Of a stretch of 64,000 bases of DNA, positions 26,945-35,111 are shown one piece after another. The position numbers and the translations under genes were made by a program. A model generated the notes under the pieces. It was not told the DNA's origin and ran no database searches. It was given only the letters and a program-made list of their open reading frames with translations. Position 1 is the stretch's first letter. The number at the start of each line of letters is the position of its first letter. The stretch comes from Verrucomicrobiota bacterium. Lineage in GTDB: Bacteria > Verrucomicrobiota > Verrucomicrobiia > Limisphaerales > UBA8199. The DNA lies in NCBI GenBank assembly GCA_049518415.1, contig JBEKRX010000028.1:4604-68603 (forward strand). The letters run 5' to 3'.

Positions 26945-28070
26945 TCAAGAAGTTCCTCCTGAATCTCGGGAATTGGAAGTTTCCATCTTCGGGCCGGGTT
27001 TCGGCGAATGCGTCGTTCTGCATCTGGGTGGGGGCCATTGGGGAGTGGTCGATTCCTGCCTGGACCCCGGGTCCAAGCGGCCTGCCGCGCTCCACTATTT
27101 CCAATCAATCGGCATAAACGCTGAAGCTTCCGTGCGGTTTGTCGTGGCCACGCATTGGCACGACGATCACATCCAGGGCATCAGCAGTCTTTTCCAGGAG
27201 GCCAAGACGGCTGTATTTGCCTGCACGGAAGCTGTAGGCAAGCCTGAGTTTAGTGAGGTTCTGGCGGCATGGACAGGGACACGATACCTTGCAGGTGGGT
27301 CGGGCGTTGACGAGCTTCGGGCCGTTCTCACCGAGTTGAAGAAGCGGCAGCCGGCAACGCGCTACCCGACACCCAAGCTGGCATCGGCGAACAAGGTATT
27401 GTGGGAGCTGGCAGGCAATCTATCCGCGACGGTGAAGGCGCTGTCGCCCTCAGACGCTGCTGTCATGGCGACCATGGCGCAGCTTCGGAAAGCCATGCCC
27501 AAGTTTTCAAGAGCGCGAAGACGTTTGCCAAATCTGACACAAAACGACGCATCAGTGGTGCTGTCCGTGCGGGTAGCCGACCACCTCACACTGCTCGGAG
27601 CGGATTTGGAGGTGCGGAATGATCGCGGCCTCGGCTGGATGGCCATCGTGGATGGAATTGGTTCCGGAGCCGCGGTGCATCAGGGTTTCAAAGTGGCGCA
27701 TCATGGATCACCCAACGCCGATCACGACGAAATATGGAACCGGCTGTTGATGCCGCAGCCGTGGGCGGCGACCACGCCGTTCGTTTCAGGGAGCGTGCGT
27801 CTGCCCTCAGTGACCGATTGCAGGCGTATTTTTAATCGTGCCCGTGCGTCCTACCTGACGGCCCCCCCACACCCAACTAAATTCCGTGATCCCGATCGAA
27901 CGGTCGAAAGGACCGTGCGCGAGGCCACGATCTCGGCACATTTTGTGCCGGGCAAGTATGGCCACGTCAGGCTCCGCAAGAGAGTTGATGAGCCAGTGGA
28001 TGGCGCATGGCGGGTGGAGATGTTTGGGCACGCATTGAAATTGGAAGATTATTTGGCCTCAGCGCAGTAG
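26925..28070 (+). CDS. metallo-beta-lactamase-fold hydrolase (ComEC/Rec2-type MBL domain), cassette gene C
   Basis: 381-aa ORF (GTG start) with the HxHxDH motif (VVATHWHDDHIQGI), a downstream Asp/His set (LLGADLE, FKVAHHGSPNADH) as in ComEC-like MBL domains, and an extra C-terminal region of about 90 aa. Confidence 0.85.
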   Translation: MASSGNSQEVPPESRELEVSIFGPGFGECVVLHLGGGHWGVVDSCLDPGSKRPAALHYFQSIGINAEASVRFVVATHWHDDHIQGISSLFQEAKTAVFACTEAVGKPEFSEVLAAWTGTRYLAGGSGVDELRAVLTELKKRQPATRYPTPKLASANKVLWELAGNLSATVKALSPSDAAVMATMAQLRKAMPKFSRARRRLPNLTQNDASVVLSVRVADHLTLLGADLEVRNDRGLGWMAIVDGIGSGAAVHQGFKVAHHGSPNADHDEIWNRLLMPQPWAATTPFVSGSVRLPSVTDCRRIFNRARASYLTAPPHPTKFRDPDRTVERTVREATISAHFVPGKYGHVRLRKRVDEPVDGAWRVEMFGHALKLEDYLASAQ

Positions 28071-28287
28071 AGCGTCCTGCGACCTGACTTCGGTTCTGGG
28101 CGTTCGAGTTCGGATTAAAGAGCGGGATTGCGAGGCGGGGTGCGTTGGTCTCCCCGCGCGCTTGCGATAGAGGTCCTCGTGTTAAGCCATTGGCTGTAGG
28201 CGATTTGCGGTGCAGGTTTGAAAATCGGAGGTCGCCATTTCAATTTGGCCGTCATGGCTTGGGCGCAGGGCGGGCAACTGCCGTTGG

Positions 28288-28418
28288 CTGAGCTTGGCCC
28301 GTTAGCCGGGGGAATGGGGTATGCAGTCGTAGCCCAGGCCCTGACCCACTTGGGCCGGCCAACGGAACGAACTCGGGAATCCCGTCGGCAAATAGCACCA
28401 ATTCAAAAGTAAATGGGT
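28288..28418 (+). repeat. 132-nt direct repeat, right copy
   Basis: gctgagcttggcccgttagccgggggaatggggtatgcagtcgtagcccaggccctgacccacttgggccgg...caattcaaaagtaaatggg. Partner of 25369-25500. Confidence 0.8.
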
Positions 28419-28497
28419 TCTTCCGAAAGGTTGGTGTGTGGGCGCGGCGTTTTGGCAGCCTGAGGCCTTGGTCAAGACTTGCTCCGCCATGGCCCTC

Positions 28498-28884
28498 TAA
28501 CCATTCAATTGAACAGAAGAGAATGAAGCGAACGAAGGCCCCGCTCAGCCGGAGAGATTCCAAGTCGAACCGCTAATCTGCGCTAATAAACGCTAATAAG
28601 GACGCGGTTCAGGCAGGAGTCTGGCACTTCCAGGCGTGTTCACCACGCGGAGGCCCGCGAGACAGATGCCCCAGGTGATAGGCGCCCGGTGCATGCTTAT
28701 CGCGGGGGCCGAGTCCGCTGAGCCGTAACCATTCAATTGAACAGAAGAGAACGAAGCGAACAAAGGCCCCGCTCAGCCGGAGAGATTCCAAGTCGAACCG
28801 CTAATCTGCGCTAATAAACGCTAATAAGGACAGGCTTGAGGCAGGAGTCTGGCACTTCCAGCCGTGTTCACCGCGCGGAGGCCC
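28498..28884 (+). repeat. tandem 228-nt-period repeat (two copies share about 159 nt)
   Basis: 28498-28656 and 28726-28884 both read taaccattcaattgaacagaagaga..ggccccgctcagccggagagattccaagtcgaaccgctaatctgcgctaataaacgctaataagga..gcaggagtctggcacttccag..cgtgttcacc..cgcggaggccc, with few mismatches. Confidence 0.9.
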
Positions 28885-29033
28885 CGGAGGTCGCCCCCCC
28901 CGCCCCTGGCGACCTCCAGCTACTATCTGTCAACCCTCCGGGTTGCAGGCCGAGCACGACCGGGGCCCCGGAGGTCGCCCCCCCGCCCCTGGCGACCTCC
29001 GGCTACTATCTGTCAACCCTCCGGGTTGCAGGC
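28880..29033 (+). repeat. two tandem 71-nt double-hairpin modules (period 83 nt)
   Basis: 28880-28950 and 28963-29033 differ at one base. Each has a 10-12-bp stem (c)cggaggtcgcc / ggcgacctcc(gg) around an 11-nt C-rich loop, and a second hairpin caaccc-tcc-gggttg. Confidence 0.9.
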
Positions 29034-29047
29034 CTGGGCCCGCGAGA

Positions 29048-29165
29048 TAGATTCCAGAGCCTACCGGGCGGAAGGATGCCGTGCTGGGCGCGGGGGTTCA
29101 GATTTGAGATTTCGGATTTCAGATTCCAGAGCCTACAGGGCGGAAGGACGCCGGGTTGGGCGCGG
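29048..29165 (+). repeat. 46-nt direct repeat x2 (period 72 nt)
   Basis: agattccagagcctaccgggcggaaggatgccgtgctgggcgcggg (29048-29093) and agattccagagcctacagggcggaaggacgccgggttgggcgcggg (29120-29165), separated by gattt/gagattt low-complexity sequence. Confidence 0.9.
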
Positions 29166-29197
29166 GTGAAGTGGAATTGGCGGCGGTGTCGGGATGC
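29159..29197 (+). repeat. 39-nt dispersed element, copy 2 (GGAATTGGCGG core)
   Basis: gcgcgggtgaagtggaattggcggcggtgtcgggatgcg, 67 nt upstream of the VOC-family gene start. Partner at 24606-24644. Confidence 0.85.
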
Positions 29198-29263
29198 GGC
29201 CGGCCGCATTCGGATTTTGGATTTCGGGTTTCGCCGGGAGGTATTCCGGGCTATGGTGAGGGC

Positions 29264-29653
29264 ATGAGCAAGGCCAAGAAACTGCTCCATACGAGGTATC
29301 GGGTGAACGACCTGGAGCGGACAGTCAAATTCTATAAAGAGGTGCTCGGGTTGGCCGAGGTGGGCCGCCACAAATCCCCGCGCGGCTCGGAGTTGGTCTT
29401 TTTGAAGGCGCCGGAGAGTGAAGAATTGGTTGAGTTGTGCCATTTTCCGGGCGGCGGCCCGGTGCAGGTGCAGGCGGATTTGACGCACCTGGCCTTTGAA
29501 GTGGAGAGCCTGGAGGAGTTTGGAGGGCACCTGGCCCGGCTGGGCCTGAGCTATTCCGAGGGCCCGGATTATGATCGGCGCGGCGGCGGCATCGCCTTTA
29601 TGGACGCGCCGGAGGGGTATGAGATCGAACTGATCCAGGCCGGCCAGCAGTGA
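29264..29653 (+). CDS. VOC-family protein (glyoxalase I-like)
   Basis: 129-aa ORF from the ATG at 29264. LLHTRYRVNDLERTVKFYKEVLGL...HLAFEVESLEEF...GYEIELIQ is typical of lactoylglutathione lyase-type VOC domains. Confidence 0.8.
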   Translation: MSKAKKLLHTRYRVNDLERTVKFYKEVLGLAEVGRHKSPRGSELVFLKAPESEELVELCHFPGGGPVQVQADLTHLAFEVESLEEFGGHLARLGLSYSEGPDYDRRGGGIAFMDAPEGYEIELIQAGQQ

Positions 29654-29677
29654 CCTTGCCGATTGGGAATTGGAAAT

Positions 29678-30520
29678 ATGAAGTTGCTGGCCCGCCAATT
29701 CGAATATTTGTTTCCGCGCCCGGCGCTGGTGATGGGCATAGTGAACGTGACCCCGGACTCGTTTTCGGATGGCGGGAGGTTCCCGGCGGCGGGGGCGGCG
29801 GCGGCCTATGGGTTGGAACTGGTGGAGCAAGGAGCGGAAATCCTGGATGTCGGCGGGGAATCGACCCGCCCTGGGGCCAGGCCGGTGAGCGAGGCTGAGG
29901 AGTTGCGCCGGGTGATGCCGGTGGTCGAACAACTGGCCGGGCGGCTCCGGGTGCCGATTTCCATCGACACGATGAAGCCCGGGGTGGCCCGGGCGGCCCT
30001 CGGGGCGGGGGCCAGCCTGGTGAACGACGTGGGGGCCAACCGGGAAGAGCCGACGATGTGGCGGGTGGTGGCAGAGGCGGGGGCGGGTTACGTGTGCCTG
30101 CACATGCAGGGAACGCCGCAAACGATGCAGCGCCAGCCGGTCTATCGGGACGTGGTGCGGGAGGTGGGGGAGTTTTTTATTGAGCGCCTGAAGCGATTGA
30201 AGGATTGCGGAGTGGGGTGGGAGCAGGTTATACTGGACCCTGGGATCGGTTTCGGCAAGACGCTGGAGCACAACTTGCAGTTGCTCGGGGCGTTGCGGAG
30301 TCTGGCCGGGTTAGGGCGGCCGCTGCTGGTCGGGGTTTCGCGCAAGTCTTTTATGGGCGAACTGCTGGGGGCGGGGCCGGCGGCGCGGCTGCCGGCGGGC
30401 CTGGCCTGCGCCTGCCTGGCGGTAGCCGCGGGCGTGCAAATCATCCGCGCGCACGAGGTGCCCCAAACCGTGCAGGCCATTCGGATGGCTGAAGCGATCC
30501 TGGCGCGAACAAACGTGTAA
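29678..30520 (+). CDS. folP: dihydropteroate synthase
   Basis: PALVMGIVNVTPDSFSDGGRF, ILDVGGESTRPGA, ISIDT, LVNDV, ILDPGIGFGK and VGVSRKSF blocks. ATG at 29678 (TTG at 29663 possible). Confidence 0.9.
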   Translation: MKLLARQFEYLFPRPALVMGIVNVTPDSFSDGGRFPAAGAAAAYGLELVEQGAEILDVGGESTRPGARPVSEAEELRRVMPVVEQLAGRLRVPISIDTMKPGVARAALGAGASLVNDVGANREEPTMWRVVAEAGAGYVCLHMQGTPQTMQRQPVYRDVVREVGEFFIERLKRLKDCGVGWEQVILDPGIGFGKTLEHNLQLLGALRSLAGLGRPLLVGVSRKSFMGELLGAGPAARLPAGLACACLAVAAGVQIIRAHEVPQTVQAIRMAEAILARTNV

Positions 30521-30531
30521 GCTCGGCTTTC

Positions 30532-31452
30532 GTGGAAAACCTTTGGCATATCGTGACCGGCCTCTGGACGCAGATATTCGGCGGCTGGCGGCCGGTGGTG
30601 GAAATCCTCATCCTCACGGTGGGCATTTACGGCGCCCTGCGGTTCGTCCGGGGGACGCGGGGCGCGCCGGTGGTGATGGGTTTTCTGGTGGCGCTGCTGG
30701 CGCTGGTGCTGATGAGCTTTGTGCTGGGGCTCAAAGTGCTGCAGTACCTGCTGGGAGCGTTCTACGCGTTTTTCCTGCTGGCGGTGCTGGTGATTTTCCA
30801 GCCCGAGTTGCGGCGGATGTTGGCGGAACTGGGCAATTTGCCGCTCCTGGCGACCGTCCGCGAGCAACGCGAGAACATCGAGGTCATCATTCAGACGGTC
30901 GAACGCCTGGCGGAGGTCCGCATCGGCGCGCTCATCGCCATCGAGCAATCCATCCACCTCCAGGAGGCGGTGGAATCGGGCATTATCGTCGACTGTGTGG
31001 CCACGCCCGAGATGTTGGAAACGATTTTCTTCCCGAATAACGCGATTCACGACGGGGGCGTCATTATCCGGGGCGACCGGATTGCGTTCGCGGCCTGCAT
31101 CTTTCCCCTGACGCAACGCCGGGATTTGAACCCGTCGCTGGGCACGCGCCACCGCGCGGCCATCGGTCTGAGCGAAGAAACCGACGCGGCGGTGGTGGTC
31201 GTGTCCGAAGAGACCGGGGGGATTGCTTACGCCTGCAAAGGGCAATTGGTGCGCAACGTGACGCTGGAGGAATTGCGGGCCTTCCTGACCTCGGTGTTCG
31301 TGACTCCCGCCCGCTCGCGCAACTGGCTCGCCTGGATTCGGTCCTGGACCACCGAACGGGCCAAACCGGGGCCGGTCCATGCGGCCCGGGCCGACGCCCC
31401 GTCCACGGCCTCAACCGCGGGCGCCACAACCACGACGGGCCTGGCCAAATGA
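30532..31452 (+). CDS. cdaA: diadenylate cyclase CdaA (three N-terminal TM helices plus DAC domain)
   Basis: DAC-domain blocks IGALIAIEQ, HDGGVIIRGDRIAFAACIFPLT and GTRHRAAIGLSEETDAAVVVVSEETG follow hydrophobic N-terminal helices. Unusual long Ala/Thr-rich C-terminal tail. Confidence 0.9.
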   Translation: MENLWHIVTGLWTQIFGGWRPVVEILILTVGIYGALRFVRGTRGAPVVMGFLVALLALVLMSFVLGLKVLQYLLGAFYAFFLLAVLVIFQPELRRMLAELGNLPLLATVREQRENIEVIIQTVERLAEVRIGALIAIEQSIHLQEAVESGIIVDCVATPEMLETIFFPNNAIHDGGVIIRGDRIAFAACIFPLTQRRDLNPSLGTRHRAAIGLSEETDAAVVVVSEETGGIAYACKGQLVRNVTLEELRAFLTSVFVTPARSRNWLAWIRSWTTERAKPGPVHAARADAPSTASTAGATTTTGLAK

Positions 31453-31874
31453 TCACTTTCCTGCGCAACCTCATTGTCAAGGACCTGGGCCTGAAGGTCT
31501 TCTCGCTGGTCCTGGCCATCCTGATTTATTGCACGATCAGCTTTGCCATTAGGAACGAGGTCCCTTCCCTCCCGTCGCTCGGGATGGCCAGTGATGTCCG
31601 TCGCTTCCACAACCTGCCGGTCCTGGTGGTGTCTTCGGCCGCCGACGTGCGCCGGTTCAAGGTGACTCCGGAAACGGTCGCCGTGACGGTCCAAGGGGAC
31701 CCCCAGGTGCTGGCGGGCCTGGAAAGCAGCGAAATCCGGGCGCTGGTGGACCTGACCGGGATCGCCCCCGCCAGCCACCTCCGCAAGCGCATCGAGGTGT
31801 CCACCCCGGCAGGCGTCACGCACCTCCGGGTCCTGCCGACCGAGGTGCAGGTCATCTTCCCGCCCGACCATTGA
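31449..31874 (+). CDS. cdaR: YbbR-like (CdaR-type) single-domain protein
   Basis: The ATG overlaps the cdaA stop (ATGA). N-terminal anchor LGLKVFSLVLAILIY typical of YbbR/CdaR proteins, then one beta-rich domain. Only 141 aa, whereas Firmicute CdaR has several YbbR domains. Position between cdaA and glmM supports the call. Confidence 0.65.
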   Translation: MITFLRNLIVKDLGLKVFSLVLAILIYCTISFAIRNEVPSLPSLGMASDVRRFHNLPVLVVSSAADVRRFKVTPETVAVTVQGDPQVLAGLESSEIRALVDLTGIAPASHLRKRIEVSTPAGVTHLRVLPTEVQVIFPPDH

Positions 31875-31935
31875 ACCGGCCGTTCCGGCTCGGCTTTTGC
31901 CTTCTCCATGGCTTGATTAGGATATTCCCGACGAC

Positions 31936-33318
31936 ATGACTAAAGTGAAGCGAATCTTCGGCACCGATGGCGTGCGTGGAACGGCCAATGTCGAACCGGT
32001 CACGGCCGAAACGGCCCTCAGACTGGGCCGGGCGGCCGGGCATGTTTTCAAGAGCCTCCAAACCCAGGCGCGCGACCGCATCCGCCACCGCATAGTGATC
32101 GGCAAAGACACCCGCCTGTCCGGTTACATGCTCGAAAACGCCCTCTCCTCCGGCATCCTTTCGATGGGGGTGGACGTCTTGCTGATCGGCCCGCTGCCCA
32201 CCCCCGGCGTGGCCTACGTCACCCGCAGCCTCCGCGCCGATGCCGGCATCGTCATCACCGCTTCGCACAATCGCTACGACGACAACGGCATCAAGTTCTT
32301 CCGCGCCGACGGCTACAAGCTGGAGGACAAGATCGAGCAGCAAATCGAAGGCCTGGTCTTCAGCGGCGAGATCGAAAACATCCGCCCGACGGCGGACCAA
32401 ATCGGCAAAGCGGTGCGGATCGACGACGCCCTGGGCCGCTACATCGAGCACGCCAAGGCCTCCTTCCCGCGCGGCCTCATTCTGGAGGGCCTGCGCATCG
32501 TCGTGGACTGCGCCCACGGCGCCAGCTACAAGTCCACCCCCTGCGTCCTGCGCGAATTAGGGGCCGACGTCATCATCTATGGCAACCAACCCGATGGCAA
32601 AAACATCAACCAGGACTGCGGCTCCATGCACCCCGGCCTCCTTTGCCAGAAAGTCTGGGAGCACCGCGCCGACGTCGGCCTGGCCCACGACGGCGACGCC
32701 GACCGCGCCTTGTTGTGCGACGAAGCCGGCAAGCTGATCGATGGCGACGACATCATGGCCATCGCCGCCCTGGACCTCCTGGCCCAGGACGCCCTCCACG
32801 AAAAAACCCTGGTGGCCACCGTCATGAGCAACGCCGGCCTCGACGCCGCCATTCAGGCGGCCGGCGGGCGGGTCGTCCGCACGCCCGTCGGCGACAAGAG
32901 CGTCATGGACGAAATGCTGCGGCACGGCTTCAACCTCGGCGGCGAGCAGAGCGGGCATATCATCTTCCGCGATTTGAGCACCACGGGCGACGGCCTGGTG
33001 GCCGCCCTCCAGGTCCTGCGCATCATGAAAACCAAAGGCGCCTCCCTTGCTCGCCTGGCCCAGTGCTGGACCCGCTTTCCCCAACTGCTCACCAATATCC
33101 TCGTCCGCGAAAAGCGCCCTTTCGCCGAGTTGGACTGTGTCTCGCAGCTCGTGGCCGACGCCCAAAGCGAATTGCAGGCCCAGGGCGGGCGCGTGCTCCT
33201 GCGCTACTCCGGCACCGAACCCAAGGCGCGCCTGCTCCTGGAAGGACGCGACCCCGCCGCGCTCAGCCGCTGGTCAAATAAGATCGCCGAGGCCATCAAA
33301 AAGCAAGTCGGAGCGTAG
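31936..33318 (+). CDS. glmM: phosphoglucosamine mutase
   Basis: IFGTDGVRG, active-site loop TASHNRYDDNGIKFF, metal loop AHDGDADR and GGEQSGH sugar-binding block. 460 aa. Confidence 0.95.
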   Translation: MTKVKRIFGTDGVRGTANVEPVTAETALRLGRAAGHVFKSLQTQARDRIRHRIVIGKDTRLSGYMLENALSSGILSMGVDVLLIGPLPTPGVAYVTRSLRADAGIVITASHNRYDDNGIKFFRADGYKLEDKIEQQIEGLVFSGEIENIRPTADQIGKAVRIDDALGRYIEHAKASFPRGLILEGLRIVVDCAHGASYKSTPCVLRELGADVIIYGNQPDGKNINQDCGSMHPGLLCQKVWEHRADVGLAHDGDADRALLCDEAGKLIDGDDIMAIAALDLLAQDALHEKTLVATVMSNAGLDAAIQAAGGRVVRTPVGDKSVMDEMLRHGFNLGGEQSGHIIFRDLSTTGDGLVAALQVLRIMKTKGASLARLAQCWTRFPQLLTNILVREKRPFAELDCVSQLVADAQSELQAQGGRVLLRYSGTEPKARLLLEGRDPAALSRWSNKIAEAIKKQVGA

Positions 33319-33324
33319 CGCGCC

Positions 33325-34113
33325 TCAGGGCAGGCTGAGGAGCTCCGCGCGCAGGCGCCCGACAAACTGACTGGGCATCCGGGGATCAAGCGACCCCGGC
33401 ACAAACCGTTCCGGCCCCACGTGGCCGTCGCAGAATACCGCCTCGGCCTTTTGCGCATGACGGAAATGTCCATTGGGTTGATTGGTGCTGTTGTCCAGGT
33501 AGTACCATTCCTCGAGCATCGGGTTGGCGGGTGAAGCGGGCGCTTGCCAGGTGTTCACTTGGGCGGCATCCGCCAGCAACACGGTGCCGGCCGGCCGTAG
33601 CAGCCGGCTCAGATTGATCGGCGCCTGCCCCGGCGCCGCCGAAAGGTAAAGATTGTAGCCGTATCCGTAAGTGGCGCCGCGCGCCTTGGCTTTGAACTGC
33701 GACAGGAAGTAATTGAAGGCGGGGCAGAGCTCGACCCCGCGTCCTTGCAGATAGGGATACAGGGCGCCGCAGGTGGCGTCGAAGGCGCGCGCGCCTTCTG
33801 CGCCCGGCCCCATCCAACCAAACCAGTAAAGCTGCCCGCCATTGGTATAAGCGCCGCCATACCGGAAACAGTTGCCGCCGTTGTCGTCCCAGTAGAGGTT
33901 GGCTGCCAACTCAAGCTGGTGCAGGTTGCTGAGGCACTTGATGCGTTGGGCCGAGGCCTTGCTCCGGGACAACGCCGGCAAGAGCAGCGCCGCCAGAACG
34001 GCGATGAGGGCGATGACGACCAGCAGCTCGAGGAGCGTGAAGGCAGAGCCCAGGGACTGCTGGCCCCGCTCTTTCTGGCCGGAGGGCTGACAGACACGCG
34101 CGCCGCTTTTCAT
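33325..34113 (-). CDS. prepilin-type N-terminal cleavage/methylation protein with DUF1559 (H-X9-DG) domain
   Basis: GSAFTLLELLVVIALIAVLAALLLPALSRSK N-terminus and C-terminal HFRHAQKAEAVFCDGHV motif. ATG at 34113 lies 2 nt after the upstream stop. Confidence 0.85.
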   Translation of the reverse strand: MKSGARVCQPSGQKERGQQSLGSAFTLLELLVVIALIAVLAALLLPALSRSKASAQRIKCLSNLHQLELAANLYWDDNGGNCFRYGGAYTNGGQLYWFGWMGPGAEGARAFDATCGALYPYLQGRGVELCPAFNYFLSQFKAKARGATYGYGYNLYLSAAPGQAPINLSRLLRPAGTVLLADAAQVNTWQAPASPANPMLEEWYYLDNSTNQPNGHFRHAQKAEAVFCDGHVGPERFVPGSLDPRMPSQFVGRLRAELLSLP

Positions 34114-34115
34114 GG

Positions 34116-35111
34116 TCACTCCACTTGCACGCGATAACACGCCCGGTCGGCCGGCGCGCCCGGGTCTTGCAAGGCCAGGTTGGTGCCGTTGCCGGCCGTG
34201 GCTGGCGAAACGGCCGTCCAGGATTGGAAATCAGCGGTGCGTTGGAGCGTGTAGAGCCGGTTGGTGAGACTGAGGAACTCAACCTGCCAGGCGCCGTTGG
34301 TGAATCGGCCGGCGAGGTTGGGAGGCGGAGGCGCGGCGAGGCTCACCCGGAAGTTGTCCACCGTGCCATGGGCGAGAATGGAACCGGCAAAGGAGGGGTC
34401 CTGCCCGGCATCACTGTAACTGCACACGGCCACGTGATCGACGCGAAAGTCCCGGAAAGAGGCCCCGAGATAGGCGTCCCCGAGCGGCCCGAAGGGCAGG
34501 CCGTTGCAGGTCAGGCTCGTGCGCAGGACCCGCTCGGCAGCAGTGTAGGCCAGGTCCACCTGGAAGGAGTCGTTCGGGCTCAACGTCAGCGAGCCAAAAC
34601 CGCCGCTGGACCAGTTTGTGCCGGTCCAATCACAGAACATGACGGTCACCGAAGGCCCCCAAACCCAGGCCCCCCCTGGGTCGGGAAAGAAACTGAATTC
34701 GACGAGGTCCGGAGAATCGGACCCCGTCCCGCGCACAAAACCGGTTTGGGTGGCCTGCGCCAGGTTGATGAGCCCCACCGACAGCTCGAAAGGATAGGGC
34801 TTGTCCGGATTGACGCCCGCGGCGAAGTCGCTCAACCGCAAGTCGAAGCCGAGGCTGAAATCCGCCTCTTGGCCCAGCACGGTTCCCAGGGGATGCGCGA
34901 AATAACTGTTGGGGCGCGAGGAATCCCAGGTGACTTGGAGGTCGTGGTTCGTGGGATTCCATTGGAAAAGGTTGGTGTCGCCCAATACTCGCCAACCCCG
35001 CCCGGCCGGGTCGGTGGAGAAATCCTCCTGGAAAGTAATGGCGGCAGAACCAATGCCAATGGTGGCAAACCAGCCCGCCAGGGCCAGCGCAGACCAACGG
35101 ATTCCATGCAT
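34116..35111 (-). CDS. secreted hypothetical protein (first gene downstream of the cobalamin riboswitch)
   Basis: 331-aa ORF with a signal-like N-terminus (WSALALAGWFATIGIGSAA) and beta-rich composition. The C-terminal module ends in YRVQVE, similar in style to the LRR protein's terminus. No family recognised. Confidence 0.75.
   Translation of the reverse strand: MHGIRWSALALAGWFATIGIGSAAITFQEDFSTDPAGRGWRVLGDTNLFQWNPTNHDLQVTWDSSRPNSYFAHPLGTVLGQEADFSLGFDLRLSDFAAGVNPDKPYPFELSVGLINLAQATQTGFVRGTGSDSPDLVEFSFFPDPGGAWVWGPSVTVMFCDWTGTNWSSGGFGSLTLSPNDSFQVDLAYTAAERVLRTSLTCNGLPFGPLGDAYLGASFRDFRVDHVAVCSYSDAGQDPSFAGSILAHGTVDNFRVSLAAPPPPNLAGRFTNGAWQVEFLSLTNRLYTLQRTADFQSWTAVSPATAGNGTNLALQDPGAPADRACYRVQVE

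Noticed and set aside
28618-28640. Sigma-54 promoter (TGGCAC) inside the 228-nt repeat units; the same sequence also occurs at 28848-28870
   Set aside because: tggcacttccaggcg and tggcacttccagccg lack the TTGC -12 element at the required spacing, and there is no downstream gene in the right orientation.
28498-29165. CRISPR array
   Set aside because: The repeats are long (46-228 nt), directly abutting or nested, and lack uniform unique spacers. No cas genes are in the window. The 9-bp arrays at 24.7 and 60.6 kb are far too short to be CRISPR repeats.
29006-31380. 421-aa and 412-aa minus-strand ORFs over the VOC, folP and cdaA genes
   Set aside because: Antisense shadows. The plus frames carry folP and DAC-domain signatures.
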